A stretch of 49,441 nucleotides of DNA from Rhodospirillales bacterium (GCA_038143065.1 JAYQLI010000004.1:1-49441), one strand, 5' to 3'; shown: positions 1 through 11,057, counted from the stretch's first letter. The notes: generated by a model from the letters alone, not told the origin. Made by a program: numbers and translations.

Positions 1-189
1 TACCTATTTCTTCAAACTAAGTAATTAAGAGAAATAATATGCTCACATTTTCACTAGTTCTTCGCGCGCATCTTGAATTCTCGTCGTCAGATTTTGGCAC
101 CAAAGCGGCTTCAACTAAGAAACATCATTTAGCGGCATTGCTTAGACATGCAAGGCCAGTACCCGCCTAAAGAAGACCTACAAGCCCTT

Positions 190-367
190 TTAGATCCACT
201 ATTCGCATCCCTTTTCGTTTTGATTACCAATATGAGGCTCGTTGCATTTAACAGTAATTTTTGATCGATGGCATGGAAGCAGTATTCGGACGAAGATGCG
301 CTGAAGAATTTACTCGAGATTGAAGTTCATCTTCTTGGAGATATGGATGTTTTGAGTACCTGCCACA
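190..367 (+). mobile_element. IS3-family left-end remnant with truncated orfA
   Basis: ORF at 268 starts MAWKQYSDEDALKNLLEIEVHL, resembling the MARKRYSDEDILKLLREIE start of alphaproteobacterial IS3 OrfA. Similarity is lost after ~33 codons. Left boundary is approximate. Confidence 0.55.
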
Positions 368-458
368 CGAAACCTACCCCCACCTTCTTCACAAAAAAAA
401 GAAAAGCATACCCAGCCCCCTGCTCTGGGAGGCTGGCTTGGCTTTTTCAGGGACCCAG

Positions 459-659
459 CTACCCCAACCGTTTCCTCTCGACATACACCCTCAACCAAGC
501 CCAGTAGTGAGCCTGACTGCGTAAGCCCTGGGCCTGCGCGGGAAGGTCCTTGGCCTGATCGGTTGGAATGCCGCCCTCATGGATGTGGATGGCCACTCGC
601 TCCTCAAAGGCCTCGATGTCAGGGATAAGAGCAGGTTCTGCTGTAGTGGTTCGGCTCAT
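459..659 (-). CDS. Small phage-like hypothetical protein
   Basis: EAFEERVAIHIHEGG resembles the (E/D)AFEERAAI..(D/E)GG motif common in small phage/mobile-element proteins. Confidence 0.4.
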   Translation of the reverse strand: MSRTTTAEPALIPDIEAFEERVAIHIHEGGIPTDQAKDLPAQAQGLRSQAHYWAWLRVYVERKRLG

Positions 660-759
660 GATGTACCGTATACAAGTGCAACCCATTGAAAGGGCAACGC
701 AGCATCTGCAGCGCCACTGACGTTCAATAAGAGATCAAAATGCCATAATGGCAGGTTAG

Positions 760-1050
760 TCAAGTTTCGGTTTGATTTCCAGCATCTGGATGATTTTTAC
801 CCCAAACACGTTCTGCATCTTTTGACACAAGTCGCCTTTGAATGCGACTTAGCTCTTCAAAAGCTTTCTCGCGGCTGCCCATTTTCGCCAAGGCACGCTC
901 AAACGTTTTGCGTACCGATCTGGGTCTCCACGGCAAATCCGCCGCCGCAATCCAAGCTCGCAATTCTTGCGAGAGCCGATCAAAATCTTGCATCGGATCT
1001 TCATTTCGCAGCGAAGATTTCAGGCTAGTTTGACCACGATTATGCGCCAT
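760..1050 (-). CDS. Conserved Rhodobacterales hypothetical protein (possibly DUF6525-like), last gene of the Zn operon
   Basis: DPMQDFDRLSQELRAWIAAADLPWRPRSVRK motif. Start overlaps the corrected end of DUF1826. Confidence 0.55.
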   Translation of the reverse strand: MAHNRGQTSLKSSLRNEDPMQDFDRLSQELRAWIAAADLPWRPRSVRKTFERALAKMGSREKAFEELSRIQRRLVSKDAERVWGKNHPDAGNQTET

Positions 1051-1677
1051 TAGACCCCTCATCTAGATCCGAGATTGGATCAAGAACCAGAACCAATCGG
1101 GTTTGGCCTGTGCCTTGAATGGGGGAGATCGGTGCACCAGATCCACCTTTGCTTTAGAAGGCCAGCGTTTGCCGCGAAGAACGATCGCTGCTCCCGTTGG
1201 AACCGTGTGAATCGTTTCGGGATCCCCAGCAGCATTTGCCAGCCCATATTGGGTGCCGGTGCCGCGATAGGTACATATAAGCCGCGCGGTTATTGCATCT
1301 ATGTGAAAACGGCTACAGGCATTATGCGAGATAACATCAAGGCGTAAGCGCATATATTGAGCTTTCATAATTTGCGTAAACGCATCAGAAAGCTGCTGTG
1401 CATGCGCGATAAATGCGTCGCGTTCGGCACAAACCGGCATCTGAGACATATCACAAATATGAACCAAGGCGCTCTGAACCTGATTAGGACGCAAAATAAC
1501 CCGTGCCTTTGGCAAACAGGCCGGGTCTAATGAAGCGAGCCAGGCTAAAATGTGAGAAGATATCTGGGTTTGGCACAATACGGCTGCGCAATCCGGATCT
1601 TGAATAATCGAAAAATCGCTAGCGGTTTGTGCAAGCGCAACCCCCACCAGCGCCTTTTTGTTCTTGTCAGAGAGCAT
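1040..1677 (-). CDS. DUF1826 family protein (frameshift near C-terminus)
   Basis: CSRFHIDAITARLICTYRGTGTQY and VHRSPP motifs. Adding one base in the G run at ~1121-1125 restores HRSPPIQGTGQTRLVLVLDP with a stop at 1040. Typical COG0523 neighbour. Confidence 0.85.
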
Positions 1678-1679
1678 GT

Positions 1680-2894
1680 TTATGCGGCCTCTTCAGAGCG
1701 GCGCCAGATGGGAAAGGGATCGGGCATATCAAGCGGTAGCGCGCTTGGGGAGGAGGCCATAGAAATCGGAACAAGACAGGCGTCCAATTTGGCTTTTAGC
1801 GCGTTCCAATCAATCCCTGACCCGATAAATACCAGTTCTTGGCGCCGGTCCCCCCATGGCTCTTGCCAATGCGCCTGAACATAAGCGTCAACCCCGTTAT
1901 GATCGGGCCAATTTTCCCGCGCAACCGATGCCCACCACGTGCCCATCGGCTTGACGCTTGACAGCGCACCGGCCAGCGAAAACTCAGCCACCCAATCTGG
2001 CCGCGTACTGATCCACAAATGTCCTTTCGCACGGATCACACCGGGCAGATCCCCATTCAATGCCGCAAGGATTTTTTCCGGGATAAATGGCTGGCGCTCC
2101 CGATAAACATAGCTGCTCACCCCATATTCTTCGGTTTCGGGCACATGATCAGAAAACCCATAAAGTTCTTTGGCCCACATCGGATGCTCATGGGCTTTAT
2201 CAAAATCAAATAGGCCAGTATTAAGTATTTTTTCGGCAGCAACTTCAGACCGGTTGGTTTCAATAATCTCGGCATCCGCATTCAGGCTGCGAATGATCTT
2301 GCGCGCTGCATCCACCTGCGCTGGTCTGGCATCAGAAACCTTATTCAAGATTACAACATCTGCAAATTCTATCTGATCGGTCAACAAATGCACCAAGCTG
2401 CGCTCATCCTCTTCACCCATCACCTCGCCGCGATCACGCAGGAAATCATGGCTGGAAAAGTCATTTAGCAAATTGACCGCATCCACCACCGTCACCATAG
2501 TATCTAGCCGCGCCACATCGGACAGGCTTTCCCCAAATTCATCACGAAAATCAAACGTCGCCGCAACCGGAAGCGGTTCAGAAATACCCGTGGATTCGAT
2601 CAATAAATAATCAAATCGGCCCGCTGCAGATAAGCGGCGCACTTCATCAAGTAAATCATCGCGCAGCGTACAACAGATACAGCCATTTGACATCTCAACC
2701 AATGTTTCATCAGTGCGGCTCAACTCGGTATCCGCGCGAATGAGATCGGCATCAATATTCACCTCTGACATATCGTTGACAATCACCGCAACGCGGCAAC
2801 CTTCACGATTGTTCAACGTACGGTTTAAAAGAGTAGTTTTACCAGCGCCTAAGAAGCCAGATAAAACCGTAACCGGAAGTCGTTTATCAGTCAT
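1680..2894 (-). CDS. zigA: COG0523 zinc metallochaperone GTPase (ZigA/YciC type)
   Basis: Intact 404 aa. GFLGAGKTT Walker A, GCICC metal motif, ESTGISEP, CobW_C-like end [11 protein letters not shown]. Confidence 0.9.
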   Translation of the reverse strand: MTDKRLPVTVLSGFLGAGKTTLLNRTLNNREGCRVAVIVNDMSEVNIDADLIRADTELSRTDETLVEMSNGCICCTLRDDLLDEVRRLSAAGRFDYLLIESTGISEPLPVAATFDFRDEFGESLSDVARLDTMVTVVDAVNLLNDFSSHDFLRDRGEVMGEEDERSLVHLLTDQIEFADVVILNKVSDARPAQVDAARKIIRSLNADAEIIETNRSEVAAEKILNTGLFDFDKAHEHPMWAKELYGFSDHVPETEEYGVSSYVYRERQPFIPEKILAALNGDLPGVIRAKGHLWISTRPDWVAEFSLAGALSSVKPMGTWWASVARENWPDHNGVDAYVQAHWQEPWGDRRQELVFIGSGIDWNALKAKLDACLVPISMASSPSALPLDMPDPFPIWRRSEEAA

Positions 2895-2910
2895 AAAAAC
2901 ACCTTATTAT

Positions 2911-3978
2911 TTAGGATATTAAGGCAGGCTCAGTTGCCCGCACGCGCAGCATATCAAGGCTCCGTTGCAGCTCGGGTCGGGATAAATCACGCGCAATAAT
3001 AACAATGCGCGTTCTACGATCCTCTTTCGCCCAGTCTTTAAGCTGCACAGGCGGTGCAAAAATATGCTGTACCCCATGGATAACGAAAGGGGCCTCGATG
3101 CCTTCGAGGAACAAAATACCTTTCACTCGCAATATATCAGAGCCTCTGATCGCAATAAGCGTGTCGAGCCAAAGATCAAAAGCGGCATCCGGTAGTGGAT
3201 CATCCAAAATGATCGAAGCTGATCCAATCCGCGTATCATGCGCTGGCAAAGGCGCTGCTATTTGAGCGGCGGGGGCAAAACCTGACAGATTTGCAAGCGC
3301 CTCAAATTTTGGCTTTTCGCCAACTGTCCAATTCAAAGCTTGCTGCTTTGTGGCGTTGTTGTGAAGCGCGCTTAACCCCCAAAGTTTTCCAAACAAGCCC
3401 TTTCCCAAGATGGATCGGATGATGGTTATGCCAGGATTCAAACCATATAGGCGGCTTTCAAACTCTGCACATCAGCAGGGCTTACGAGATCGGTTTTGCT
3501 TAGAACAATCAGATCCGCCATAGCCGCTTGTGAGACGGCCTCAAATTGTGCATCAAGCGTGGCGGCCGCATGCGCAGCATCCACAACCGTTACAACCCCG
3601 TCCATCCGGGTGTTTTTTGCAAGAAAATCATCCACCAGTAACGTCTGCAAGATCGGGCCGGGATCCGCCAATCCGGTGGTTTCAATAACGATACGTTCAA
3701 ATGCAACTTCGTTTTGCACGCGGCGCTCAAACAAATCCTGCGATGGTCTTTGAAAGATCACCACGCACCGAGCAGCATAGACACCCCGACCGCATTAAAA
3801 TAATTTCTTCACTGCTTTCTTCGATCAGATCGTGATCCAACCCTGCTTCGCCAAATTCATTGACGATAACAGCCACGCGTCCAGCAGAACTATCGGATAA
3901 AACGGCATTGAGCAAAGTGGTTTTGCCAACGCCTAGAAATCCTGTGAGCAATGTAACTGGAACGCGTGGATCTGCCAT
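2911..3978 (-). CDS. Second COG0523/CobW-family GTPase (two frameshifts)
   Basis: Pieces 3727-3978, 3438-3764 and 2911-3441 give GFLGVGKTT, GCLCC, ETTGLADP, ILRVKG and HGVQH in order. Confidence 0.85.
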
Positions 3979-3981
3979 CGG

Positions 3982-5118
3982 TTAATTCCCCAAAGCGTCG
4001 ATGAGCGTCGTTGCATTATGGCGCATCATATCAAGATAGGTGGATGCAGGCCCGCTTTGCGCAGAAAGCGCATCTGAGTACAACGTTCCCCCAATCGTCG
4101 CACCCGTCTCATTTGCGATCTGCTCCATCATACGATTATCTGTGATCGATTCGATAAACACTGCCGAAATACTGTCTTCGCGAATTTGCGTGATCAAGGC
4201 GGCCACATCGCCAGCTGAAGCTTCGCTTTCAGTGCTCATTCCTTGGGGCGCAACAAAGGTCAGATCATACGTTGCCGCAAAATATCCAAAGGCATCATGC
4301 GGCGTTACCACCGTTCTTTTATCTGCGGGCAAACGTTTCATCATCGCCTCAATGTCAGCACTAAGCGTCTCTATCTCGGATATGAAAGTGGCGCGATTAG
4401 CATAATAATCTCCGGCGTTTTCAGGGTCGGCCTGAGCAAGCCCAGCGGCAATGTTATTGGCATAGATCACAGCATTTTCGAGGCTATGCCACGCATGCGG
4501 GTCAAATGCGCCATGATCATGCCCCGCGTGGTCGTCATGATTGTCATGATCATCGTGCTTATCATGCTCGTCATGATCGTCGTGGCCATCATGATCATCG
4601 TGCTTATCATGGTCGTCATGATCGTCATGGTCAGCGTGATCGTCATGATCATCATGGTCAGCGTGATCGTCATGATCGTGATCGTCGTGATCGTCGTGAT
4701 CTTATCATGATCGTCATGGTCATCGTGATCGTGATCGTCATCGTGATCGTCGTGATCGTCAAAGGCTATTGGGACAACGCCCTTTGTCGCCACGACCATC
4801 GCGCCGTCGAAGGAGGCGGATTCGGCAAGACGTTCTAACCAACCTTCAAACTCAAGGCCGTTCAAAAACAACACATCAGCCTCTGCAACCGAGCGCGCCG
4901 CCTTTGGTGTTGGTTGATAGACATGCGTATCGCCATCTGGTCCAACCAGCGTTGTAAGTGCGATATGTTCGCCGCCGATGCGCTCAACCATATCCCCAAG
5001 GATTGAAAAGGTTGCGACAACGGGAATGGGCTCTTCAGCCCATGAGGCCATTGGAAACGATAACGAAAAAAGCGGCAAGAGCCGTGGCAGATTTCAGCGT
5101 AAAACGTAAAGATGTCAT
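3982..5118 (-). CDS. Zn/Mn ABC transporter substrate-binding protein (ZnuA/AztC-like) with long His/Asp loop (frameshifted)
   Basis: VVATFSILGD, DTHVY, DPHAW (after frame correction), HDAFGY and YSDALS motifs. ATG at 5118 follows a GAAAGGA RBS. Frameshifts near 5066-5071 and ~4700. Confidence 0.9.
4515..4760 (-). repeat. Low-complexity 9-bp-period repeat encoding (D-D-H)n
   Basis: Degenerate GAYGAYCAY tandem inside the metal-binding protein gene. Confidence 0.9.
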
Positions 5119-5128
5119 AATATTCCTT

Positions 5129-5998
5129 TCAAGTTTTTAAGTTACGGCGTGGTAAGTTTTGCGCAATTGCGCCTCCGACTGGTCCAAAGATAATTGACAG
5201 CCCATAGCCAATACCGGCCGCTAAAATGATTGCTGGCCCCGATGGGAGACTGTAATGAAACGATAAGAGTAACCCGATTACGCTTGAGAGCATCGCGATC
5301 AACGCGGCAACAGCGATCAGGCCAGCGATTGTTTCCGCCCAAAACTTCGCCGCAGCGCCGGGTAAAATCATAATACCCACCGCCATTAAAGTTCCAAGCG
5401 CATGGAACCCGGCGACCAAGTTCATCACCACAAGCGCCAAGAAAACAAAATGGGTAATCGCACTCAACTTGCTGACAGAGCGCAAGAATTGTGGATCGGC
5501 GCATTCTAGCACCAAGGGTCGAAACAAAAGCGCCAAAACCAAAAGCGATACGCTGGCGAAGGAACACAGCAGAATAAGCGCGGTATCGTCTAACGCCAGC
5601 ACCGTTCCAAACAGCACATGCATCAAGTCAACGTTATTGCCATGCGTTGATACGATCAACACGCCGATGGCCAATGAAATAAGATAAAATGCAGCCAAGC
5701 TTGCATCTTCGCGCAGCGACGTTACCCGCGCCACGAAACCAGAAGCCAATGCAACCAGCATGCCTGCGATCAAACCTCCAACCGTCATCGCGCCAAGCGA
5801 AAGACCTGAAACCAGATAACCCGTCGCCGCACCTGGTAAAATTGCATGCGCCATTGCATCGCCAGTCAAGCTCATATGCCGCAGCATCAAAAACACCCCC
5901 ACAGGGGTGGCGCCCACCGACACGGCGATACAGCCCAAAAGCGCACGGCGCATGAAGCCGAAATCCACAAAGGGCGCCAAGAGCACATCCCAGATCAC
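5129..5998 (-). CDS. Zn/Mn ABC transporter permease (ZnuB/AztB-like)
   Basis: Hydrophobic, with MSLTGDAMAHAILPG and DLMHVLFG motifs. GTG start at 5998 overlaps the ATPase stop (GTGA). Confidence 0.9.
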   Translation of the reverse strand: MIWDVLLAPFVDFGFMRRALLGCIAVSVGATPVGVFLMLRHMSLTGDAMAHAILPGAATGYLVSGLSLGAMTVGGLIAGMLVALASGFVARVTSLREDASLAAFYLISLAIGVLIVSTHGNNVDLMHVLFGTVLALDDTALILLCSFASVSLLVLALLFRPLVLECADPQFLRSVSKLSAITHFVFLALVVMNLVAGFHALGTLMAVGIMILPGAAAKFWAETIAGLIAVAALIAMLSSVIGLLLSFHYSLPSGPAIILAAGIGYGLSIIFGPVGGAIAQNLPRRNLKT

Positions 5999-6737
5999 GC
6001 CGCGCTCTTTCCGCAAGTATGTGGGGTTGCGGCGCAGGCCTCGCACATTTGGCGGGCACGAAACTGGTTTTCGGATGTTAAAACTTGTGCCGTAGGCCCA
6101 TGCGCCACAAGCTCACGCGCAAGCATCATGGTGAATGGAAAATGTGTGCCCACGGTGGCGTAATCATGCAGAACCGCCAAGATGGTGCGGCCTTCCGAAT
6201 GCCAGCGTTTGATCACATCAATCAAATCGGCCATCGTTTTTGCATCGATCGCGGCGAAGGGTTCATCCAACAAAACCAGACGCGCGTCTTGCAAAAGCAG
6301 CCGAGCAAACAATGCCCGCTGCATTTGCCCCCCGATAAGGATCCAATGGTGCGTTTTTCAAACCCGGTCAAACCTACCGCAGCAAGGGCAGCATCCACCT
6401 TCGCGCGCATCTTGGGGGTCAACCGGCCGAAAGCGCCTACCTCGCGCCAGAGCCCCATCGCCACAAGGTCAATCACGCATATCGGAAAACTTCCGTCAAT
6501 CTGGGATTGTTGCGGCAGATAGGCAATCTCATCTTGGCGAAACCCGTCGATCAAAACGCCTCCCTTTAAGGGGGAAATTGCGCCGGTGACACCTTTTAGC
6601 AAGGTTGATTTTCCTGCCCCATTCGGGCCAACAATCGCTGTAAGACTGCCCTCTTGAACCTCTGCGTCCAATTCTTGGACAGCAGGCAGCCGGTCATAAC
6701 CCAAGGTCAGATTCTGAAATTTAATCGCACCTGTCAT
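5995..6737 (-). CDS. Zn/Mn ABC transporter ATP-binding protein (frameshift ~6330)
   Basis: [13 protein letters not shown]|QMQRALFAR split at a C/G homopolymer, LLDEPF, VLHD. Confidence 0.9.
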
Positions 6738-6865
6738 AAGGCGCTCAAAGGATTGGTGGCCCAAAAGAAGCCAAGCCATAGCGCGGCGGCAATCAGGATG
6801 GCTACGCCCAATCTAGGCCCCATCCCAATTAGTAAAAGGCGGAAGGGACGCTTGTCTTTTATCAT
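6734..6865 (-). CDS. 43-aa single-TM membrane protein (not in ORF track)
   Basis: MIKDKRPFRLLLIGMGPRLGVAILIAAALWLGFFWATNPLSAL*. ATGA overlaps with both the zur stop and the ATPase start. Confidence 0.7.
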   Translation of the reverse strand: MIKDKRPFRLLLIGMGPRLGVAILIAAALWLGFFWATNPLSAL

Positions 6866-7275
6866 ACTGCGGCCTGCGCGGGTCCACAGCTTGCGCAGAT
6901 CCCATTCACTTCGATGATATGGCGTTGGGCAGAAAAGCCAGACTTTCGCAACGCGGCGCTCAGAAGTGAGAAGATATCAGGCTCAAAAGTCTCTTCTACA
7001 ACGCCACAATCTTCGCATATTGAAAGCACCGAAGTTTGATGATGCGCCTCGCTTTGGCACGCGACATAGGCATTCAACGATTCCAAACGATGTATCTGGC
7101 CACGCTCCCCCAGCGCAGCAAGCGCCCGATACACGGTTGGAGGCGCAATTTTCGGATATGTTTCCTGCAGACGGTCAAGCAACGTATACGCAGAATGCGG
7201 GTTCTTGCTATCGCGCAAAATGGAAAGAATTTCCGTTTGCATTTGCTTTCCACGCTTACCCATACCGTGCTCCAT
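6862..7275 (-). CDS. zur: Zinc uptake regulator (Fur family)
   Basis: APPTVYRAL, IHRLESLNAYVAC, CEDC and CASC motifs. First gene of the Zn ABC operon. Confidence 0.88.
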   Translation of the reverse strand: MEHGMGKRGKQMQTEILSILRDSKNPHSAYTLLDRLQETYPKIAPPTVYRALAALGERGQIHRLESLNAYVACQSEAHHQTSVLSICEDCGVVEETFEPDIFSLLSAALRKSGFSAQRHIIEVNGICASCGPAQAAV

Positions 7276-7290
7276 AGCGACTCAATGCGT

Positions 7291-7313
7291 TAATAGTTAT
7301 AATATAACATTAC
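7291..7313. promoter_or_regulatory. Zur box
   Basis: Palindrome GTTATA-A-TATAAC (7296-7308) directly upstream of zur, matching the proteobacterial GAAATGTTATA-N-TATAACATTTC consensus. Confidence 0.85.
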
Positions 7314-7701
7314 AATTCACAAATAGTTTTTTTAGGCCTTTGCAACGAACCAAAAATTCAATTTTTTGAGCAAGAAAAATACTCAAAAATTGACCAGTTA
7401 AGCTTTTTGAATGCGTAAATAGTCAGAAACCTGACAACAAAACAAAACCGGAGTAAAAAAACCGAGGGTATAGAAAACGCTCATTTGGGCGCTTCACAGC
7501 GATGAAACAGCCATTATGTTTTATCGCTTTCTTTGTAAAAGATCGCGATACTACTTTTTGGGATTTACCCACTGAATACAGAAATAATTTTTTCAGTCGT
7601 GGCACCAAGCTGTTTAAAAAAATAAACCTTGTCGCGCCGCGTTATACGATAAGGGCACTCAAAGCCGCATTCTGATATGCCTCACAATGCCCAAAATTTT
7701 T

Positions 7702-7893
7702 TTATTTCCCCCAAGGACAAAGAGCTTCAACCTTTTGGCGGCCCAGTTTATTCAATGTTTTTATGTTTTCTGCGTAAATCTTCTCGGGCTCTGAAACATG
7801 GGCCAGGGCTCTACTCAGGTGAGCTTGCCGCAGAATATGTATGATTGGATAGGGCGCACGATTGGTAAAGTGGCTTAGATCATCCGCTGGCAC
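7702..7893 (-). pseudogene. C-terminal fragment of a DUF1415-like protein
   Basis: DDLSHFTNRAPYPIIHILRQ...NIKTLNKLG motif. N-terminal part is absent. Confidence 0.6.
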
Positions 7894-8041
7894 CCCTCGA
7901 TCAAATCGTCAAATCTGCCCCAAAGGCGCTGACGTTAGACACTAATTTATCTTTCTGTTATAAATACATAAATAAAAAACACCTCAGGAAAGGCTCCTAA
8001 GGCAGGGTTAAAGGATAAGCTGTAAGGGGTAATGCGTAAGA

Positions 8042-8120
8042 CGTAATACTGTAATTCGTAATACTATAATTCGTAATATATAATATATAATACATAAGGG
8101 TTTGGGTGTTCCCAACACCC
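8042..8120. repeat. AT-rich 15-bp tandem repeat followed by a short hairpin
   Basis: CGTAATACTGTAATT / CGTAATACTATAATT / CGTAATA..., then GGGTGTT-CCC-AACACCC. Confidence 0.6.
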
Positions 8121-8510
8121 TGTCAGCTTAGAACAAACTACACTACAATTTATTCTTTATCGTCTGCTATTAGAGCTGTCTTTATTTCCATAGCTTCAGG
8201 ATATTTTTTCTATGTCTTTAGGGCTGCTCTCTGATGCCCTCTTTAAGCACTTCCTTTTTTGATACCCCTCTTATGCTTAGCCTTTAAAGTGTCTCCTCGT
8301 GGCACTCTGGGGCACTCTGGTAACTTTGGCCTGTAAATTTGCGCTGCTGTTCTTTTAATAGCACTTCGCTATTTGAGCTTTGACATTTGCTTGAGTATGT
8401 TTCCATCCACCTGATTTTAATCTGAAATATTTTTGCTGCTTCACACACTTGAACTCACTTTTCCACTTTCTATATCAAAAGTGAAAATTGAGATGTAGGA
8501 GGATTGTATC

Positions 8511-8759
8511 ATGCATATGGACCTTCAAACCGCAGTTGAAGCGATCCTAAAAAGCAAAGACCCTGTGACAACGATAGGCGATCTAATTGTTGCCGAGGGT
8601 GGATTTTGGAACCAAAGCGAAGCAACCGACAAAGGACAGCTATTCACAATACAACTATTTGGAGTGCAGGGTATTGGCTTAGGCGCTGCTGCCGCACTTG
8701 ATAGCTGGCTTCAACGAGCGACGAACGCAATTCAATCTGAGTTTTCAGATACTCACTAA
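8511..8759 (+). CDS. Hypothetical protein
   Basis: 82-aa ORF with a strong AGGAGG RBS upstream. Confidence 0.6.
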   Translation: MHMDLQTAVEAILKSKDPVTTIGDLIVAEGGFWNQSEATDKGQLFTIQLFGVQGIGLGAAAALDSWLQRATNAIQSEFSDTH

Positions 8760-8777
8760 GCTGCATTAGGTTCAGTA

Positions 8778-9482
8778 ATGACTTGGGGTTCTCTAAAGTC
8801 ACGGATAATGCAGACGCTTCTGCTCCCGATACTGCTTATTCAGGGAAATATGGTCAGGAAACAGGCCATTGAACTTCCTGAAGCAAAAGGAGCACGAAAA
8901 GGGCTCTGTGGATCTGGTAAAGATTTAAGTATCATTTTCTTGGGTGACTCTTCTGCTTGTGGCGTAGGCGTCGATCATCTTGACGACGCTTTGTCTGGAC
9001 GTCTTTTGACCTCGATCAAAGATGAATACTCGTGTGATTGGTCAATACTTGCAAAGAGTAAAATTACCACTCGAGATCTCATTAAAATTATCCAAAATGA
9101 GGCAGATACTAAGGTTGATGTTGCAGTTATTTGCATTGGAATGAATGATATTACTGCAGGTAAACATGCTGAAAGTTGGATTTTAGAACTGTCCGAATTG
9201 AGGTCGCTTTTAACAGAAAAATTTGCAGCAAAAAAAATGATATTTTCAGGCATTCCCCCAGTGCGTCATTTGAAACAAATATCTCAGCCTCTTCATTATG
9301 TTCTCAGTTTGAAAGCATCTGTTTTTGAAAATGCATTGCAGGAATTTTGTGTCTCACACCCGAACTGTCATTATGTGGATATTAATTTACCCGTTAATAA
9401 ACAAACTATGGCGAAGGATGGCTTTCATCCAAATAAGATATTCTACTCTACATGGGCTGGCAGAATAAGAGCTTTGCTTTGA
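8778..9482 (+). CDS. SGNH/GDSL hydrolase
   Basis: FLGDS, IGMND and DGFHP blocks. Confidence 0.85.
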   Translation: MTWGSLKSRIMQTLLLPILLIQGNMVRKQAIELPEAKGARKGLCGSGKDLSIIFLGDSSACGVGVDHLDDALSGRLLTSIKDEYSCDWSILAKSKITTRDLIKIIQNEADTKVDVAVICIGMNDITAGKHAESWILELSELRSLLTEKFAAKKMIFSGIPPVRHLKQISQPLHYVLSLKASVFENALQEFCVSHPNCHYVDINLPVNKQTMAKDGFHPNKIFYSTWAGRIRALL

Positions 9483-9561
9483 TTTTGATTTTTGGCGAAA
9501 TAGAGACAGCCGCTTGATGGGTTTTAGAATGCCTGAAACATCTATTATCTTTGACTGAACC

Positions 9562-10856
9562 CTACCACACCTTCTGCATGTGCTCTCTCATGACGTCTAG
9601 GGCATAGCCTGAGCCATAGTTGGCAGCGACTGTGTTGGAACCATGCCCTAGGATGGCCATTGAGATAGCCTCAGGGCAGCCTGTATTCCTCAGCTTGTCC
9701 TTCATGCGGTGGCGGAGGGAATGCATCGTAAGCTTCTTATCGGTGATTATGATTCTCAGGCGCTTCATCAGCATAGCAGAGGCAGCATCATTGCCACGTG
9801 GGCGAGCGTATTTGGGGAATATAGCCTCCCATCCTCCTTGCCTTTCCTGTGCTCCTGCAGTGTCTCTGCTGCCCTGTGGCTCAGTGGTAGTGTTCTATGT
9901 GAGCCCTTGGTCTTAAGACCTCTTATGCTGTTGGGGCGTATGGTTACTGAGCGCTCCTGCAGGTCCACGTCTTGGACTTCTAGCCCTACAATCTCCGACA
10001 GCCTTGCACCTGTATCTATCAAGGTGATGAAGAGTGCCCAGGCAAGCGGGTCATTCTGATAGCAGGGAGTTGCTATGGCGATATGCTCGTCCGTCAGCGG
10101 ATGCCTATCCTCGACGCTGGCCCCTGCTCCCTTTTATCTTCAATCCGTTGAATACGTTTGGGATGGTAAGGCTATGCTCTGTTATCACGTAGTTCACGGC
10201 TGCCTTTACAACGGCCACATTCCTCAGCACCGAGTTGGGCTTCATCCGCTCCAGTAAGTGGTCCCGAAAGGCATTGGCATCCTGCTCTGGTAATCTCTTC
10301 CAGGCTACCCTTTTCCAGCTTGTGCTCTCCCAGGCTGCTTTTAAGGTCTTTGCGCAGCTTCTTTATACGCAGGGCAGCATCTTTATCTCTCACACCTTCC
10401 CCGGCTTTATAGGCTGCATATTCACTTAAGGCTGTATCCAGTGTCATGGGCGGCGACTGTAGCTTGCCGTTGTAGACTTGCCTCACCACCTCCTGTGGCA
10501 GTTTGCCAGCAATCGTTTGGGCCAGCTCATTCAGCGCATAGTCCTCTTGGCTGTATTCAACGATTTGACCAGCCACGACCATATCCGCAACTTCCTCGCC
10601 CAGCGCTGCTCTAATGAAGGCCAGGGCTCGTTCATTGGCGGGCATGGTCTCTTCTGCTGCAAACAGCTGCCTCTATTTCCAAGTGTACTTTGGGAAGGGC
10701 CTTCATCGCCTCTGAGTAGCTCTCCCCAGTTGCCGATAGAGTGTATCCTTTCCAATCAGGTGTCTGAGCTTTTTTAGGAACGTTTCTTTTATAGCGATAC
10801 GAGCCGTTCTGGCGTCTAAAGACATAGGCGGGGAGTTTTGGCATCTTGGGGTCCAT
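9562..10856 (-). mobile_element. Tyrosine recombinase/phage integrase (several frameshifts)
   Basis: Pieces give YRYKRNVP (N-terminal), TGARLSEI, LKT, HSLRH, ILGH and NYG catalytic motifs. Confidence 0.85.
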
Positions 10857-11057
10857 CTCATAGTTTTGAATCCAACTGTGAGGCGGATCAGTCGCTTTGC
10901 CTGTCCAGCTTTGACAAAATACAGCAAAATCTGACCAAGTGGTCCCAAAAGCGGTCCCGATAAATGGTCCAACCCACTGGTATAATTGAATTTATTCAAA
11001 AAAACTGGGTGAAAATGGCGCTGTGCTGAGTGTTGAAAGCTCCATGCTCCCGCAAAA

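Noticed and set aside
4243-4838. Plus-strand ORFs rich in M/I/V or R/H/D
   Set aside because: Antisense shadows of the DDH repeat in the Zn-binding protein gene.
11005-11050. tRNA gene at the integrase end
   Set aside because: Only a CGCCA-like 3' end is visible, with no T-loop or cloverleaf.
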